In this document: positions 1-8,865 of the stretch, piece after piece
Position numbering within the stretch: position 1 is the first letter of the stretch
Layout of the letters: each line of letters begins with the position of its first letter
NCBI GenBank assembly: GCA_024654025.1
Contig: JANLIR010000002.1
Span: 168,959 to 232,958, forward strand
Length of the DNA: 64,000 bases
Reading direction: 5' to 3'
Source of the DNA: Candidatus Wolfebacteria bacterium
GTDB taxonomy: Bacteria; Patescibacteriota; Minisyncoccia; UBA6257; UBA9933
Program-made: the position numbers and the translations under genes
The notes under the pieces: model-generated
What the model saw: the letters and a program-made list of their open reading frames with translations, nothing else
The model's database searches: none
Told to the model about the DNA's origin: nothing

Positions 1-192
1 AAGCAGATTCAACCAAAGATAGTTATCCCTACTTTTTATAAGGTTCCCGGATTGAAAAGGAAAGCGGACGACATTAAAAAATTTTTGGAAGAAATAGACA
101 CCTCGAAAGTCGAAAAAACCGACAAGCTAGTCATAAAGAAAAAAGACATCGAGGAAATTAAGCCGACAAAAGTCGTTGTGCTGGCGATTTAA
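1..192 (+). CDS. 3' end of unidentified CDS entering from upstream (partial)
   Basis: Frame 1 is open from base 1 to TAA at 190-192 (...KPTKVVVLAI*). No recognisable motif. Confidence 0.35.
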   Translation, partial: KQIQPKIVIPTFYKVPGLKRKADDIKKFLEEIDTSKVEKTDKLVIKKKDIEEIKPTKVVVLAI

Positions 193-218
193 CTAGTTAG
201 TATTATTTACGTAAGTAT

Positions 219-527
219 ATGCGTTGGTTAAGTAAAATAAGGCATTCGAATGAAGAAAAAAAGAAAAAAGTGATTATTTTCTTGAGCGCGGTTTCAATGG
301 TGGTTGTCATTTTTTTCTGGATTTGGTATATGAGTTCCTATATTAAAGAGGTGGGAACTTCTAAAACGGATGAAGCTCGCGAAACGCCGTTTTGGCCGGT
401 TTTTAAAAACGGCGCAACGGTTATCATTCAATCGATCAAATATAAATTTAGCGAATTAACTTCCGATTTGTATTCAAAAATACCAAAAATCGGCGGCGAA
501 AGAGTCATTAATATACAGAATCAATAG
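219..527 (+). CDS. hypothetical small membrane protein
   Basis: ORF track. One hydrophobic helix ([20 protein letters not shown]). No family recognised. Confidence 0.4.
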   Translation: MRWLSKIRHSNEEKKKKVIIFLSAVSMVVVIFFWIWYMSSYIKEVGTSKTDEARETPFWPVFKNGATVIIQSIKYKFSELTSDLYSKIPKIGGERVINIQNQ

Positions 528-535
528 CGAAGCGT

Positions 536-3064
536 ATGAAAAAAAATAAATTACCGGAAAACAATCAAAGCAGCCCTCGCGTCGGCTCAGGAATCGAAAA
601 GCGAGAAATATCCGATGAACTTCAAGAGTCTTATCTTGATTACGCGATGTCGGTTATTGTTTCGCGCGCCTTGCCGGACGTCAGAGACGGCCTAAAGCCG
701 GTTCAGCGAAGAATTCTTTGGGCAATGTGGGAAAGCGGTCTTAGAGCGAGTGCCAAACATAGGAAATCCGCCTCAGTTATCGGAGACACATTAAAAAGCT
801 ATCATCCGCACGGCGATATTTCCGTGTACGACGCGTTGGTTAGGATGGCTCAGGATTTTTCTCTTCGCTACCCCTTAATTGACGGACAGGGTAATTTCGG
901 CAGCCAGGACGGAGATTCAGCAGCCGCTTATAGGTATACCGAGTGCCGTTTATCCAAAATAGCCGAAGAGCTTCTTGTTGATATAGAAAAGGATACGGTT
1001 AATTGGCTGGATAATTATGACGGCACAACCAAAGAGCCGGCGGTGCTTCCTTCCAAGCTCCCCCACCTTCTTTTGAACGGTTCTTCGGGTATCGCGGTGG
1101 GTATGGCGACCAGTATTCCTCCGCATAATCTTTCTGAAGTTATTGACGCCACTCTTCATTTAATTGATTCGCCCAAAGCCACAATCGAGGACTTGCTGAA
1201 ATTTATTCAAGGCCCTGATTTTCCGACTGGCGGTATTATTTACGATAAAAAATCCATAGCCGAAGCGTATTCTACGGGTCGAGGTTCTATACCGGTCAGG
1301 GCGGTGGCGGAAATCGAAGAAAGAAAAAAGGATAATTTCAATATAATAATCACCGAAATCCCCTATCAAGTTAACAAGTCCGAGCTTTTGATAAAAATGG
1401 CCGGCCTTGTTACCGATAAAAAAATTCAAGGCATAAAAGATCTGCGCGACGAAAGCGATCGCGACGGGTTAAGGATTGTCGTTGAGCTTAAAAACGACGT
1501 GCCCGCGCAAAAAATATTAAACCAGCTTTACAAGCACACCGACCTTCAAAAGAATTTTAATTTAAACACAATCGCGCTGGTCGGCGGGCTTCAGCCCCAG
1601 CTTCTTTCGCTGAAAGAATTTTTAGCCCAGTATATCGAACACAGAAAAGAAGTTGTTCGCCGAAGAGCTGAATTCGAGCTTCGCAAAGCCAAAGAGCGGG
1701 CGCATATTTTAGAGGGTCTTGCGAAAGCGCTTTCGGTTATCGATAAAGTCATCGAGACGATTAAAAAATCAAAAGACAAAGAAGAGGCGCGCAAAAATTT
1801 AGTTTCCCGTTTCAAGCTTACCGAAATTCAAGCCGAAGCGATTTTAGAAATGAAGCTCTCGACTTTGGCGGCGCTTGAAAGGCAGAAAATAGAAGACGAG
1901 CTCAAAGAAAAAAGAAAATTAATAAACGAACTGGAAATTCTTTTGAACAGCTCGCAGAAAATTTTAAAAGTCATAAAAGACGAACTTTCAGAAATCAAAA
2001 AAAATTACGGCGACGAAAGGCGCACTAAAATTGTCGCCGGCGGCCTCACGGAATTTAAAGAAGAAGATTTGATTACCGAAGAAGAAGTCGTTATCACTCT
2101 TTCTCAAAACGGATACATAAAAAGAGGAAGCCCCGATGTTTTTAGAAGCCAGCAAAGAGGAGGAAAGGGACTTATCGCTTCCGAAGTCGGCGAAGAAGAC
2201 GCATTGACGCATTTTATCGCGGCCAACAGCCACGACAATATTTTGTTTTTCACCGAACGCGGCCGGGTTTTCCAGACAAAAGTTTATGAAATCCCCTCAG
2301 CTTCCAGGCAAGCTAAAGGCAAAGTTATACAAAACTTTTTAGAAATTCCACCTGACGAAAAAGTCAGCGCCGTAGTCGCTTACGCGCCGACTAAAAATCA
2401 ACAACCGCCAACCCATAATTATTTAGTAATGGCCACTAAAAACGGAGTCATCAAAAAAACTCCGCTTCTGGAATTCGCCAATATCAGACGCACTGGAATT
2501 ATCGGCATCAATTTGCAAAAAGGAGATGTGCTTAATTGGGTTATGTCGTCTTCGGGTAAAGACGAAGTTTTAATAGTAACCGCCTTGGGACAGTCAATAA
2601 GATTTAAAGAAAGCCAATTGCGGTCTATGTCCCGAATTGCCACAGGCGTTAAGGCTATCAAGCTCAAAAAAGCCGCGCCCCGTAGCGAACAGGGTTCTGC
2701 TACTGGGGATGATTTTGTCGTTGGACTTGATATAATAAGCACAGAGTCGAAAGAAAAAATTTCTAAGCTAAAAGTTTTAATTGTTACGGAAAACGGTTTT
2801 TCTAAACAAACTTCGCTTGGCCAATACAAAGTTCAGAAGCGAAGCGGTAAGGGAATTAAAACCGCTAAGATTACTTCCAAAACCGGAAGAATTGTCAGCG
2901 CGCAAGTAATTTTCGAAGCGACAGAACTTTTGGCGATTTCTTCCAAAGGGCAGATTATTAAAACGCCTTTAAAAAAAATCAGAACCGCCGGTCGCGCCAC
3001 CTCCGGAGTAAAAATTATGACACTTAAAGGAGGCGACAAATTGGTAGGAGCGGTTACGCTGTAA
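536..3064 (+). CDS. gyrA: DNA gyrase subunit A
   Basis: N-terminal [30 protein letters not shown] and HPHGD motifs, active-site AAAYRYTE, C-terminal beta-pinwheel repeats. Confidence 0.97.
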   Translation: MKKNKLPENNQSSPRVGSGIEKREISDELQESYLDYAMSVIVSRALPDVRDGLKPVQRRILWAMWESGLRASAKHRKSASVIGDTLKSYHPHGDISVYDALVRMAQDFSLRYPLIDGQGNFGSQDGDSAAAYRYTECRLSKIAEELLVDIEKDTVNWLDNYDGTTKEPAVLPSKLPHLLLNGSSGIAVGMATSIPPHNLSEVIDATLHLIDSPKATIEDLLKFIQGPDFPTGGIIYDKKSIAEAYSTGRGSIPVRAVAEIEERKKDNFNIIITEIPYQVNKSELLIKMAGLVTDKKIQGIKDLRDESDRDGLRIVVELKNDVPAQKILNQLYKHTDLQKNFNLNTIALVGGLQPQLLSLKEFLAQYIEHRKEVVRRRAEFELRKAKERAHILEGLAKALSVIDKVIETIKKSKDKEEARKNLVSRFKLTEIQAEAILEMKLSTLAALERQKIEDELKEKRKLINELEILLNSSQKILKVIKDELSEIKKNYGDERRTKIVAGGLTEFKEEDLITEEEVVITLSQNGYIKRGSPDVFRSQQRGGKGLIASEVGEEDALTHFIAANSHDNILFFTERGRVFQTKVYEIPSASRQAKGKVIQNFLEIPPDEKVSAVVAYAPTKNQQPPTHNYLVMATKNGVIKKTPLLEFANIRRTGIIGINLQKGDVLNWVMSSSGKDEVLIVTALGQSIRFKESQLRSMSRIATGVKAIKLKKAAPRSEQGSATGDDFVVGLDIISTESKEKISKLKVLIVTENGFSKQTSLGQYKVQKRSGKGIKTAKITSKTGRIVSAQVIFEATELLAISSKGQIIKTPLKKIRTAGRATSGVKIMTLKGGDKLVGAVTL

Positions 3065-3074
3065 AAATTAACTT

Positions 3075-4358
3075 ATGTATAATAATCGCCTAAAAATAGT
3101 TTTGTTCGGAGCCGGAGTTATTGCACTTATTTTAGTTGTTCTAAGTGTTTTTTGCGTAATTCCGATAACAAAAAATTGTTCAAAAACTTCCGTGTCCGGA
3201 AAATTAATTTTTTGGGGAGTTGACGATGTTTCCGCTTATCAAACCGTTATAGATAATTACAGCAAGTTTTATAATAGAAAAGTTCAAATTCAATACCAGC
3301 AAATCCCCGAAGCGGATTTTGAAAATACTTTTGTTCGGGCAGTGGCTAAAAATCAAGGGCCCGATATTTTAATGTTTCATAACTCCTGGCTTATAAAACA
3401 GGGCGATCTTTTAGCTCCGGCCACTGACGCGCAAATTTCTTTAGCAAATATTCGCCAGCTTTTCCCGCAGGTTGTTGAAAAAGATTTTACTTACCAAAGT
3501 AAGGTTTACGCGCTTCCTTTATATCTCGACACTCTCGCGCTTTTTTACAATAAAGATATTTTTAATGCTAACGCCGTTGTTTTTCCGCCGGCAAATTGGA
3601 GTGATTTTACGAATTTAGCAACGAGGCTTACGAAAAAACAAGCTAACGGCCAGATTTTACAATCCGGCGCGGCTATCGGCAGCTCTGATAAAAATATCGT
3701 AAACGCAACTGATGTTTTAAATACGTTAATGCTTCAATACGGTTCTTTAATAGTTGATCCATCTTTTATGCGAACTGATTTTAGCGGTAAAGCAACCAGC
3801 GCTTTTGATTTTTACACCGGCTTTGCCAAGCCAGCTAGCAGTAATTATGTTTGGAACCAAAATTTAGGAAACTCGTTTGATTTATTCAGCCAGGGGCAGG
3901 CGGCGATGATTTTCGGTTATGCTAACCAGATTTCATATCTCAAACAAAAAAATCCGCTTTTGAATTTCGAGGTGGCGTCTATGCCGCAGGCCGATCCTTC
4001 AAATCCTAAAAATTACGCCGCTTATTGGGGCTTGGCAGTTTCTTCTAAAAGCGCGAATTCCGAACTTGCCTGGAGTTTTATAAAATACCTGACAACTGAC
4101 CCGCAAAACTCTCTTACTTATCTTCAAGCGACAAAACGGCCGCCGGCTTTGAAAATTTTAATCAAACAATATCAGAATGATCCGGATTTAAATGTTTTTG
4201 CAAACCAAGCGCTTGCGGCAACTTCATGGTATCAGCCCGACTCTGACCAAACCAGCCAGATTTTTTCAAGCGCGGTCGAATCGGTTTTAAGCGGCCAGCT
4301 TACTTCTGGGCGCGCGCTGGAAAAAGCCGCTTCTCAAATAAATAATTTATTTAAATAA
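3075..4358 (+). CDS. extracellular solute-binding protein (ABC family 1-like), N-terminal membrane anchor
   Basis: N-terminal TM helix, then LIFWGV...GPDILMFHNSW...ALPLYLDTLALFYNKD, typical of sugar-type SBPs. No permease gene nearby. Confidence 0.6.
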   Translation: MYNNRLKIVLFGAGVIALILVVLSVFCVIPITKNCSKTSVSGKLIFWGVDDVSAYQTVIDNYSKFYNRKVQIQYQQIPEADFENTFVRAVAKNQGPDILMFHNSWLIKQGDLLAPATDAQISLANIRQLFPQVVEKDFTYQSKVYALPLYLDTLALFYNKDIFNANAVVFPPANWSDFTNLATRLTKKQANGQILQSGAAIGSSDKNIVNATDVLNTLMLQYGSLIVDPSFMRTDFSGKATSAFDFYTGFAKPASSNYVWNQNLGNSFDLFSQGQAAMIFGYANQISYLKQKNPLLNFEVASMPQADPSNPKNYAAYWGLAVSSKSANSELAWSFIKYLTTDPQNSLTYLQATKRPPALKILIKQYQNDPDLNVFANQALAATSWYQPDSDQTSQIFSSAVESVLSGQLTSGRALEKAASQINNLFK

Positions 4359-4363
4359 AATTT

Positions 4364-4702
4364 ATGAATATCGCATACGCTGCTCTAACTCCTTTAGTCC
4401 AATGCGGTCCCGGAACAGCCAAGCTCGAGTGCACTATTTGTGATCTATTTCAATTGGCTCAAAATATTTATAATTTTGTTATTGTTTTTGCGTTTGTTTT
4501 GGCTTTAGGAGCTTTGGTTTGGGCGGGGTTTAAAATAATGACTTCTGCCGGCGATCCGGGAAAATATAAAGACGCGGTTGGAAAAATCAGGACGATTTTA
4601 ATCGGCATAGCCATTCTGCTTTTAGCCGGGTTTGTGGTTGATTTAGTTTTGAAAGTCCTTGTCGGCGGCAGCTTGGGTCCGTGGAATAAATTGCCTTGCT
4701 AA
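4364..4702 (+). CDS. TrbC/VirB2-like (T4SS-pilin-like) small membrane protein, paralog 1
   Basis: Cys-rich N-terminus (QCGPG..LECTICD). Two TM helices flank the motif WAGFKIMTSAGDPGKYK. Confidence 0.55.
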   Translation: MNIAYAALTPLVQCGPGTAKLECTICDLFQLAQNIYNFVIVFAFVLALGALVWAGFKIMTSAGDPGKYKDAVGKIRTILIGIAILLLAGFVVDLVLKVLVGGSLGPWNKLPC

Positions 4703-4732
4703 AAAACCAAAAAAAATTTATTATAAATATTA

Positions 4733-5152
4733 ATGAAATCGCTTTTGTTTAAAATTTCTATAGTATCAGCGATAATTTTCGCGGTTTTTACCACGAGTAT
4801 TTTTGTAGAAAAAGTTTTGGCAGTGTCCGGTGGAGGGGTTAATACAGCGGCGCCGGGCGGCGGAGTTGATTCTGTTGGCGGCGGTAACGGACAGCTTTTT
4901 AATTATTTCGGATCCGGTTCGACTCTTGACAGTGTCCTTTCCAAAATAATCGATTATTTTATCGGTGTTTCGGTTTCAGTGGCTGTGATAATAGTTATCT
5001 ATGGAGCGTGGAAAATGATGACCGCGACAGGCGATCCTAAAAAATTCCAAGAAGGCCAAAAAACAGTTTTGTACGCCGCTATCGGGTTGTTGGTAATTTT
5101 ACTCGCAAGAGGGATTATCGGCGCGTTGTATGGGATAATACAAACGTTATAA
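4733..5152 (+). CDS. TrbC/VirB2-like (T4SS-pilin-like) small membrane protein, paralog 2
   Basis: Signal/TM helix, Gly-rich linker, motif YGAWKMMTATGDPKKFQ between two TM helices. Confidence 0.55.
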   Translation: MKSLLFKISIVSAIIFAVFTTSIFVEKVLAVSGGGVNTAAPGGGVDSVGGGNGQLFNYFGSGSTLDSVLSKIIDYFIGVSVSVAVIIVIYGAWKMMTATGDPKKFQEGQKTVLYAAIGLLVILLARGIIGALYGIIQTL

Positions 5153-5192
5153 TAAATATAAAGAAAAAGGTCGAGAATGAGAAATCAAAAAA

Positions 5193-5558
5193 ATGAAAAA
5201 AGTTTTACAAAAAATTATTTATTCAGGAGCGATTTTATCGCTCGTATTGCCGGTATTTTCGTTTGCCGCGATATTTACTCCGCCAGGCCAGGGGCAACCT
5301 GGAAATATTCCTATAACCGGCCTCTCTAATGTGTATGACACGCTAGATACGGTAGCTAATTATTTGTTGGGATTATTAATTGCTTTGGCGGTTGTTTTCA
5401 TTGTTTGGGGAGCGTTTCAGTTTTTAACTTCCGGTGGAGATGAAGCAAAAACAAAAGCGGCAAGAAATCATATTCTCTGGGCTCTTGTAGCTGTCGCGGT
5501 TGGGTTACTTGCTAAAGGGCTAGTTGCCGCGATAAGAGGAATCGCCGGAAACTTATAA
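5193..5558 (+). CDS. TrbC/VirB2-like (T4SS-pilin-like) small membrane protein, paralog 3
   Basis: Signal/TM helix, motif WGAFQFLTSGGDEAKTK between two TM helices. Confidence 0.55.
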   Translation: MKKVLQKIIYSGAILSLVLPVFSFAAIFTPPGQGQPGNIPITGLSNVYDTLDTVANYLLGLLIALAVVFIVWGAFQFLTSGGDEAKTKAARNHILWALVAVAVGLLAKGLVAAIRGIAGNL

Positions 5559-5580
5559 ATTTATTTTCAATGATTCAAAA

Positions 5581-5608
5581 AATATCCCGAGTGTCGGGAT
5601 ATTTTTTT
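5581..5608 (+). terminator. rho-independent terminator after the pilin-like genes
   Basis: AATATCCCGA gtg TCGGGATATT followed by a T-run. Confidence 0.7.
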
Positions 5609-5728
5609 ACTATTTTCATCCGTATTAATCCGTATGTATTTATAATTCGCACAAATCTGTTAGAAACAAAAAAATCCCCGCCTGCGGCCGAAGCCACAAG
5701 CGGGGTGTAAAAAACTAGTTAGTTCACG

Positions 5729-6679
5729 TCAATAAATCTTCAGGAGACCCGGTTGTCCCATGGCCACTTTTATTGGGCCGAGCGGGTTTCCGTTAGTTTT
5801 CCATTTCCAAAAGCCAACCGGTCCCGCTTTCCGTGTTTCGCCGGAGCCCTCGCCAATTATGATCTGGTAAGAGTTTTGGGCGTCAATCGTTATGATTGTC
5901 CCAATGGGCGGGGTCCATGAAGTCACCGCAACGCTCCCGGCCGGAATAAAAACACCATTTCGTCCTTCTTCCGGCGTGACCACGATTTCTTTGAGAACCG
6001 GCGCACTGGGCGCAACCCCCGCTTCCGCGTTAGATGGTTTCATGGTGAGAGTCGTCACGATGCCATTGTCGATTCCCTTTGCTGAGTTCCTTGCGAGCTC
6101 GGCTGTGCGGGGAAGAAACAATGAAATGACGATTGTTATGAAAATCATCGATGCGACAAACGTTATTGCCCTTCCGTTGAAGATGGAAGTGCCTCCGAAA
6201 AGCCGAGTTCCGATAAAGATGATAAAGGCCAAGAGCAGCAGCAACGGGATCAGCTCGGGTCGTTTATCTATCGGAATGATGATAAGCATCAGGGCGAATG
6301 ATAACTCGGCGAATAATACGTGCAGCGTCAGTCGAACATACCGCTCTCCAAACCCCACTGCTGTTCTTCGCCAGATCGCGTCGATTATTAACGCAATCGG
6401 CGCGGCCAGTAAAGAAAGCAAGATCGTGAAGAACGCCCAAACAAGTCCCGCAACCGAAATCCACATCGAGAATCCGAAAATTCCCAGAAGCAGGATTGGT
6501 ATGGGCAGAAGCATCATTACGATTGCGAGCCGCGAAAGCCCGACCCGATATACTTCAAAATCGGTTCTGTTATCGCCCCCAACAAGGGCAATGACCTCGG
6601 CGGCGTCCGCCGCGCCGGTGATGATTGTGTCGAGAATGAGCCGCAGCGTTAAGAGTATTTCACGAAGTGTTTCACGCAT
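5729..6679 (-). CDS. hypothetical polytopic membrane protein with soluble C-terminal domain (GC-rich cassette)
   Basis: Start moved to ATG at 6679, preceded by GGAGGctcctcATG. It overlaps the upstream stop by 8 nt. Several TM helices. Confidence 0.6.
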   Translation of the reverse strand: MRETLREILLTLRLILDTIITGAADAAEVIALVGGDNRTDFEVYRVGLSRLAIVMMLLPIPILLLGIFGFSMWISVAGLVWAFFTILLSLLAAPIALIIDAIWRRTAVGFGERYVRLTLHVLFAELSFALMLIIIPIDKRPELIPLLLLLAFIIFIGTRLFGGTSIFNGRAITFVASMIFITIVISLFLPRTAELARNSAKGIDNGIVTTLTMKPSNAEAGVAPSAPVLKEIVVTPEEGRNGVFIPAGSVAVTSWTPPIGTIITIDAQNSYQIIIGEGSGETRKAGPVGFWKWKTNGNPLGPIKVAMGQPGLLKIY

Positions 6680-7373
6680 GAGGAGCCTCCTTTCGATATT
6701 TGGCAGTCTTCCGGCCGCGTGCTGTGCGGCGGTTATTGAGCCATTCAGCCCAACGGTCGTTGAGGGGTTGAAGTTCTGAACCAATTACTCCAAATACTTC
6801 GTTGAGACGGATCCCAAACATTCTTAGCCACTGCATGACGATGTCGTGGTTGAGAAACTCGATTGCGCTGTCGAATTCTTGCGGAGGAAGTTCGCCGAGC
6901 CAGACGAAGAAGTTGATGGTATCTTCATCGGTCGTTTCCTTCCCTTCCTCGGATTCTTTAAGTATTAAAACCTTTCCGAGACAATCCACAAGAAGATTCT
7001 CTTCGCCAGGCCGGTAATTTCCTTCGTCAGAATAAAGCCGGGGCCGACAAAACTGCCGATCTTCCTGCCTCTTTCTGATGGTTTTTGCCGCGACTTTCTT
7101 CTTTTCATCTTCGGAAGATTCCATCTTCTGTAAAAAAACGAGAAGCTTGGCGCGGTAATGGTCACTCATCTTCGCCTGCACTTTTTTAGCCGTTTCTACG
7201 GCTGCCTTGCTCCCGACTTCGCGAATGACCTCGGCGGCAGCGGTTCTTGACCCCATCTTCATAAGCCCCCAGGCTTTTCTGAGGAGTTCAAAAACAGCAA
7301 TACCCCCTGCCGTTATCCCGAGTTCCTTTCCGACTTCGCCAGCGCTGAAATCAGCTTTCTTTTCCTCTGCCAT
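6672..7373 (-). CDS. hypothetical protein (GC-rich cassette, first gene)
   Basis: ORF preceded by aaAGGAGGacgccgaccATG. No family recognised. Confidence 0.55.
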   Translation of the reverse strand: MAEEKKADFSAGEVGKELGITAGGIAVFELLRKAWGLMKMGSRTAAAEVIREVGSKAAVETAKKVQAKMSDHYRAKLLVFLQKMESSEDEKKKVAAKTIRKRQEDRQFCRPRLYSDEGNYRPGEENLLVDCLGKVLILKESEEGKETTDEDTINFFVWLGELPPQEFDSAIEFLNHDIVMQWLRMFGIRLNEVFGVIGSELQPLNDRWAEWLNNRRTARGRKTAKYRKEAPHA

Positions 7374-7543
7374 GGTCGGCGTCCTCCTTTCAGGATTTAG
7401 ATAGTTTCACTACGGGGTTGACGTAAACTATTTATAAGAGCAAATTTTGGAATAGTTGCCTACCCCAAAATACTTTGATATAATACAATAAAATTATTTA
7501 AAAGTCAACTAATGATTTTGTTAAAAAATAACAGCTAATAATG

Positions 7544-7549
7544 TATAAT
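7544..7549 (+). promoter_or_regulatory. candidate -10 box (TATAAT) for tRNA-Leu
   Basis: TGTATAAT lies 15 nt upstream of the tRNA 5' end. The -35 is weak. Confidence 0.3.
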
Positions 7550-7564
7550 TTATTTGTTTAATAT

Positions 7565-7649
7565 GTCCTCGTGGCGGAAATGGAATACGCGCAGCGCTTA
7601 GGACGCTGTCCCGCAAGGGTTGTGGGTTCGACTCCCACCGAGGACACCA
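7565..7649 (+). tRNA. tRNA-Leu(UAG), CCA encoded
   Basis: Acceptor GTCCTCG/CGAGGAC. Anticodon arm CAGCG CTTAGGA CGCTG. Long variable arm (CCC gcaa GGG). T arm GTGGG TTCGACT CCCAC. Ends ACCA. Confidence 0.9.
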
Positions 7650-7650
7650 A

Positions 7651-7686
7651 ACTATAAATCCCTTCGAGACCGAAGGGATTTATAGT
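7651..7686 (+). terminator. perfect hairpin directly after tRNA-Leu
   Basis: ACTATAAATCCCTTCG aga CGAAGGGATTTATAGT. Confidence 0.6.
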
Positions 7687-7809
7687 TTATATATCACAAG
7701 GGAGGAGAAGGGTATTTAAAAAAGCAAACTGCTTTGCTTTTTTAAAACCCCGGCTCTGGAGGAGTAATTTTCCATGTTTATTTATGAACGAAAAATTACG
7801 GGGGAAGAG

Positions 7810-7831
7810 GACTCCCACCGAGGACACAAAA
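7810..7831 (+). repeat. direct repeat of the tRNA-Leu 3' end (att-like)
   Basis: GACTCCCACCGAGGACAC at 7810-7827 is identical to 7630-7647 of the tRNA. It abuts the 3' end of the recombinase gene. Confidence 0.8.
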
Positions 7832-8800
7832 TTATCCCCTTCTTCTTCCGTGAAATGTTTTGTGTATTTCTTTGAGTTCTTTATTTGTTAAATGCGTGTA
7901 AATTTGGGTTGTGGAAATATTGCTATGGCCTAAAAGTTCTTGCACAGACCTTAAATCCGCTCCTCCGATTAATAAATCAGTGGCAAAGCTATGCCGGAGC
8001 AAATGCGGGTGGATTTTTTGCGGTATCCCCGCTTTTCGGCCGTAAAAATCTATCAAGCGCTGAATTGCGCGAGGAATAATTCTCCCGATAACTTTCGGAT
8101 TTGCTTGCCCTGAGCTCATCGAGTCTGAGACTCTCAGAGTCGAATGACTTGTCGAACGGGTTGCTTTAGTTAAGCTTACAAACAGCGCTTCTTCGGCATC
8201 GGTTCGTTTTCCTAAATAATTTTTTATAGCTTTCTTGGCGGATTCGGATAAAAACACCACTCTTATTTTCCCGCCCTTGCCCCGCACGGAAATTTCTCCC
8301 CTATTCAAATCAAAATACCGGCTCAAAGAACATAATTCTGAAACGCGAAGCCCGGTTGAAAACAAAACTTCCAAAATCGCTTTGTCGCGAAGTCCTTTTA
8401 AATCGTTTGTTTTGGGCGCTGCCATAAGCCGTTCCAAATCCGAGTATTCCATTATATTGATTTGCCGGTTTGGAATTCTAGGAAGCTCGATTTTTTCCGA
8501 AGCTAAAACCCTGTAGTCGTTTTTCGCCAAAAATTTCAAAAAGTTTCTAAGCGCTATTATGTAGTAGCTTTGGGTTGTGCGTTTAAAGTTTTCTCCATCT
8601 CTGGGATTATGAAGCCGCGCCAGATAGATCCGAAAATCTCTTACGTTGTCAGCGGTGATATCGCCCTCGGATTTTATTTTGGCGAAATCAAAAAACTTCG
8701 TTAAATAGTGCTCATAATTTTCCCGCGTGTCTTTAGTCCTGCCTTTTTCAATCTCAAGATAATCAAGATAGTTTTTGAGGAGTTTGTTTATGTCAGCCAT
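7832..8800 (-). CDS. tyrosine recombinase (XerC/XerD-like integrase)
   Basis: Catalytic-domain motifs LFSTGLRVSEL, HPHLLRHSFATDLL, LLGHSNISTTQIYTH. Start placed at MADINK (8800). Carries a roughly 25-aa internal insertion. Confidence 0.85.
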   Translation of the reverse strand: MADINKLLKNYLDYLEIEKGRTKDTRENYEHYLTKFFDFAKIKSEGDITADNVRDFRIYLARLHNPRDGENFKRTTQSYYIIALRNFLKFLAKNDYRVLASEKIELPRIPNRQINIMEYSDLERLMAAPKTNDLKGLRDKAILEVLFSTGLRVSELCSLSRYFDLNRGEISVRGKGGKIRVVFLSESAKKAIKNYLGKRTDAEEALFVSLTKATRSTSHSTLRVSDSMSSGQANPKVIGRIIPRAIQRLIDFYGRKAGIPQKIHPHLLRHSFATDLLIGGADLRSVQELLGHSNISTTQIYTHLTNKELKEIHKTFHGRRRG

Positions 8801-8806
8801 AGCTTC

Positions 8807-8841
8807 GCAACCTGTAACTTGTAACAATTAACTTATAACAA
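8807..8841. repeat. 5 x 7-nt degenerate heptad array
   Basis: GCAACCT GTAACTT GTAACAA TTAACTT ATAACAA. Confidence 0.65.
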
Positions 8842-8865
8842 ATCAGTTTTAAATATTTCTCCCTC

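Noticed and set aside
950-3039. Multiple 60-136-aa minus-strand ORFs within gyrA, with similar sets inside pnp, clpB, RNase J and the family-5 SBP gene
   Set aside because: They are shadow ORFs inside well-supported genes.
5892-6779. 295-aa plus-strand ORF
   Set aside because: It lies antisense to the SD-preceded membrane-protein gene 5729-6679. Its Ser/Arg/Ala-rich low-complexity translation is typical of a shadow ORF in GC-rich DNA.
5729-7373. GC-rich islets as assembly chimeras or contamination
   Set aside because: Each islet is short. Each is flanked on both sides by native AT-rich genes on the same contig and sits precisely in an intergenic position with its own terminator. This cannot be fully excluded without read data.
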